Source: the human T2T-CHM13v2.0 reference genome, Homo sapiens
NCBI RefSeq assembly: GCF_009914755.1
Contig: NC_060931.1
Length of the DNA stretch: 64,000 nt
Strand: one strand, 5' to 3'
Translations under genes and position numbers: made by a program
Shown here: in pieces, positions 60,917 to 64,000 of the stretch
Layout: each line of letters starts with the position of its first letter
Numbering within the stretch: position 1 is the first letter of the stretch
The notes under the pieces: model-generated
What the model saw: only the letters and a program-made list of their open reading frames with translations
Database searches by the model: none
What the model was told of the DNA's origin: nothing

Positions 60917-61205
60917 CAATCAGGCCCTTCATATCTGTGGGTTCCACATCCATGAATTCAGCCAATCGTGGATCAAAAATATTCAATAAAAAATAATATG
61001 ACAAAAATATAAACAATACAGTATAACTGTTATTTCCATAGCATTCGTATTAGGTATTATAGAGATGATTTAAAGTATGCAAGAGGATAAGCATAGGTTA
61101 TATGCAAATACTATACCATTTTATATAAGAGATTTAAACATCCATGGGTTTTGGTATCAGAGGGGGTCCTGGAACCAGTACCCCAAGGATACTGAGGGAC
61201 GACTG
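60917..61205. mobile_element. MER2-type Tigger MITE
   Basis: TIRs caatcaggcccttcatatc ... gatactgagggacgactg; internal ggttatatgcaaatactataccattttatataag. Confidence 0.85.
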
Positions 61206-62399
61206 TCTATTTCGCAGTCTGTATTGTTTTTACAAGTGGGGCAGCAACAACCAAACCCAAATGAGGCCGCATCAGGCTCAGCCCTGTTCCTATTTTGTCT
61301 CCCTGCACTAAGGGTTTCAAGCATGTCTTAGGGCTGTGGTCAGCTTGTTAACACAAATCAGCCTTGAAACCTAACAGAATGTTACTTTACAATTTCCTGT
61401 TACTATGTTCCTTTTTAAAGTAAGCTACTTCCAAATCGATCTTCATCCTTTTCAAAATACCAAATTTCGGAAATGGAAGGGGGAAAGGAATGGGGGAAAT
61501 ACAAAGTGAAATCACCTGTATTTTCTTAGGGACCCTAACTTAGACATGACCAGCTATTTCTGAGATTCTTAAGTAAACTGTTTTTTCTCTCTGAAAGTCT
61601 GACAGTCTCTGCCATGTCAAGCTCTTTATTTCATGTCTTATACTTAGACCCACTCAGGCTACTTGGACAAATGCTCAAATAAGTTGACCAAATGAAAAAC
61701 GTGTTCAGAGGTTGAGTGACTCAGAGTGAGAACAAGTGAAGCAGAACTGAGTGGTGGAACTTAACCTGCGCCTGAAGTTTTGAAACACATCAAGTCTAGT
61801 CTTCTGTATTTTAATAATATACAGACTTAGAGGGTGGAAAGAGATAAAGTGTTATGTGCTCATAAAATCAATTTATAAGTGACCTCATAGGGTCAATCAC
61901 CTCAAGATAATATAAATTCATGATTTAATATATTAATGTAACCTTTGCTATGTATTAATCAGTATAAATTTATAATTCAGTAGTCTACAAATCCTAAACT
62001 TAGAGAATATTTTCTGAATTTGCTCTTTGATTACTCCACGTCTCTGCATAGAATTTTCTGACACTCACTCATCAGGATGTGTTTATAAAGGGTTTTCTTT
62101 CTTCCTCTTCACATTTAAATGATATAGAATTACCCAAACTTCCTGTTGCTACTGAAACTGAAGCAAGAGAAGCAAGGGAAATTGAAACTGAAAATGTGAA
62201 CCAGCGACTTTACCCAGAAGCACAGTTGATGGCATCAATGAGATCAATTTTTTAATGAAATTAAAGAAAGTAGAGGTTTCAGCTGACACTGTTTTTCTCC
62301 AGACTCTCTACTATGCGGCAGGATGGTAGTTGTTTCCTCTCAACGGAGCTAAAAATTAACTTCATCCTATGGCATGATGTATTAAAATCAGGAGTGTTT

Positions 62400-62713
62400 G
62401 GCCCGGCGTGGTGGCTCACGCGTGTAATCCCAGCACTTTGGGAGGCCGAGGTGGGCGGCTCACGAGGTCAGGATATCACGACCATCCTGGCTAACACGGT
62501 GAAACCCCGTCTCTACTAAGAATACAAAAAAAAAAAAAAAAAATTAGCCGGGCGCGGTGGCGGGCGCCTGTAGTCCCAGCTACTCAGGAGGCTGAAGGAG
62601 GAGAATGCCGCGAACCTGGGAGGCGGAGCTTGCAGTGAGCCGAGATCGCGCGACTGTGCTCCAGCCTGGGCGACAGAGCGAGACTCCGTCTCAAAAAAAA
62701 AAATAAATAAAAT
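62400..62713 (+). mobile_element. AluY with expanded middle A tract
   Basis: ctggctaacacggtg and gagcttgcagtg diagnostics; perfect 15-bp TSD aaaatcaggagtgtt (62384-62398, 62714-62728). Confidence 0.95.
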
Positions 62714-64000
62714 AAAATCAGGAGTGTTGATGGTAACTTTCTCTTTCCCCTCTCCAACAGGTAATTTCTCTCAAGATCCAACCCAAGCTATTCTATATAC
62801 ACAAGGTCAGCAAACATTTGATTCATTTTGTCAGCTTTAATATAAATCAAAATCACACCCAGGAGGCTGGGGTGTGGTCAAACAGACATCAAATCCCCTA
62901 TTGCCCTAATAGCCAGTCAGTCACCCCCCTCTTTCATGTGGGAAAGAACACCGGAAGCAATTTGACAAGTAACAATCAGGCTTCTGGAGCCATGGACAAT
63001 TGCTGTTAACTCTTGACTGTTCTGACAACATTTTAGAGCTATCTTTCAGGAATATTAGCCTCCCCCATTAACAAAACGGGGAAAAGCTCATTCCTCAAGG
63101 ACCTCACTCTTCATTTAGTTCAACAGTTTGGATGGAGAAGGGAGATGTATCTTGAGGGAACACAAGTACATTGATCCCATTTTCTACCTCACTACATTGC
63201 TTGCAGGAAGAGGTCTGCAACTTGGTTCACCCCTTTTTTTTTCTGCTTTAGTATTTTAGTTGGGTCAAAGTAACTAAAGAGTTACTTACTTAAATTGCAT
63301 ATTGCGATCCCCATAATTTCCACTGGGTAAAATTTAGCTATACACTGAAGCTTGCTGTAAACATGCAAGCAAGTTGGGAGAAAATATTACCATTAGAGAA
63401 GTGGAAAAAGACCGGCCCCCTTCTCCATCATCACCAATCAGGTGTTGAGTGAAATCTCCCGCTTACTATAACATATTACTCTCACAGAGAATAAACACCG
63501 TATCTTTCAGTAAGGATCTCTGACCTGTCATTGTGAAGGGAGGACTAGCCAGACTGAGGGTGTGGTGAGGAACTAGGGGAAGCACAGACAGAAGAAACTG
63601 CTTTGAGAGGAGAAGCAACTTTGAAGTGTTGCTTAGTCCAGGCCCTGACCTAGGGTTTGGTTTTTTTGAAGTCTGTCATTAACCCTTCCCTCACTTTCCT
63701 TCTACTCTTCAAGTCCTATTACATTCATAGGAATGACTGATTTGCCCCCAGGTATTTTGCTGGTCCTGGGATCGCAGAGAGGAAAAGATACAATCCTGCC
63801 CGCAGGAACTCAGTGTATAGAGATGGCTTCTCCAACTTAACTATTACAGAGGGCTGATAATACTTTTCAGACATGTCGATCCAAAATGACCAATTAAGGA
63901 TAAGGACTTGGAAGTAAAGAACATAACTCAAAGACAACAAATGCCCATTCACCAAAGATAAAGCCATGAACTGTCCAGGGCAAACGAGCTCGCCTTTTGG

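Noticed and set aside
63300-64000. Repeat-poor sequence with GATA motifs as an enhancer or exon
   Set aside because: Motif density is not clearly above chance, and it cannot be supported without conservation or chromatin data.

Overview
Primate (almost certainly human, given a full-diagnostic AluYa5) genomic DNA covering the 3' part of the C1GALT1 locus (core 1 beta-1,3-galactosyltransferase / T-synthase) on the + strand. Positions 1-37509 are the repeat-packed first intron; the non-coding first exon and promoter lie outside the window. The three coding exons are 37510-37746 (ATG 37527), 41462-42129 and 46733-46936 (TGA), giving 363 aa. A ~4.9 kb 3' UTR with several poly(A) signals follows, then intergenic repeats. 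All other ORFs in the track are L1, ERV or Alu remnants or noise. No new gene system is supported. The most interesting structures are: (i) a ~7 kb MER61-type class I ERV with mRNA architecture (R-U5-PBS(Gly)-gag...env-U3-R-polyA), apparently retroposed by L1 into a FLAM tail; (ii) an adjacent solo LTR7 whose TATA box was inverted-duplicated into a perfect 20-bp palindrome, next to a U3 carrying three perfect octamer sites; (iii) a human-specific AluYa5 that is the only sense Alu among many antisense Alus around the first coding exon; and (iv) truncated-isoform and 3' UTR regulatory options. Repeat subfamily names are from recalled consensus sequences, not from a search.
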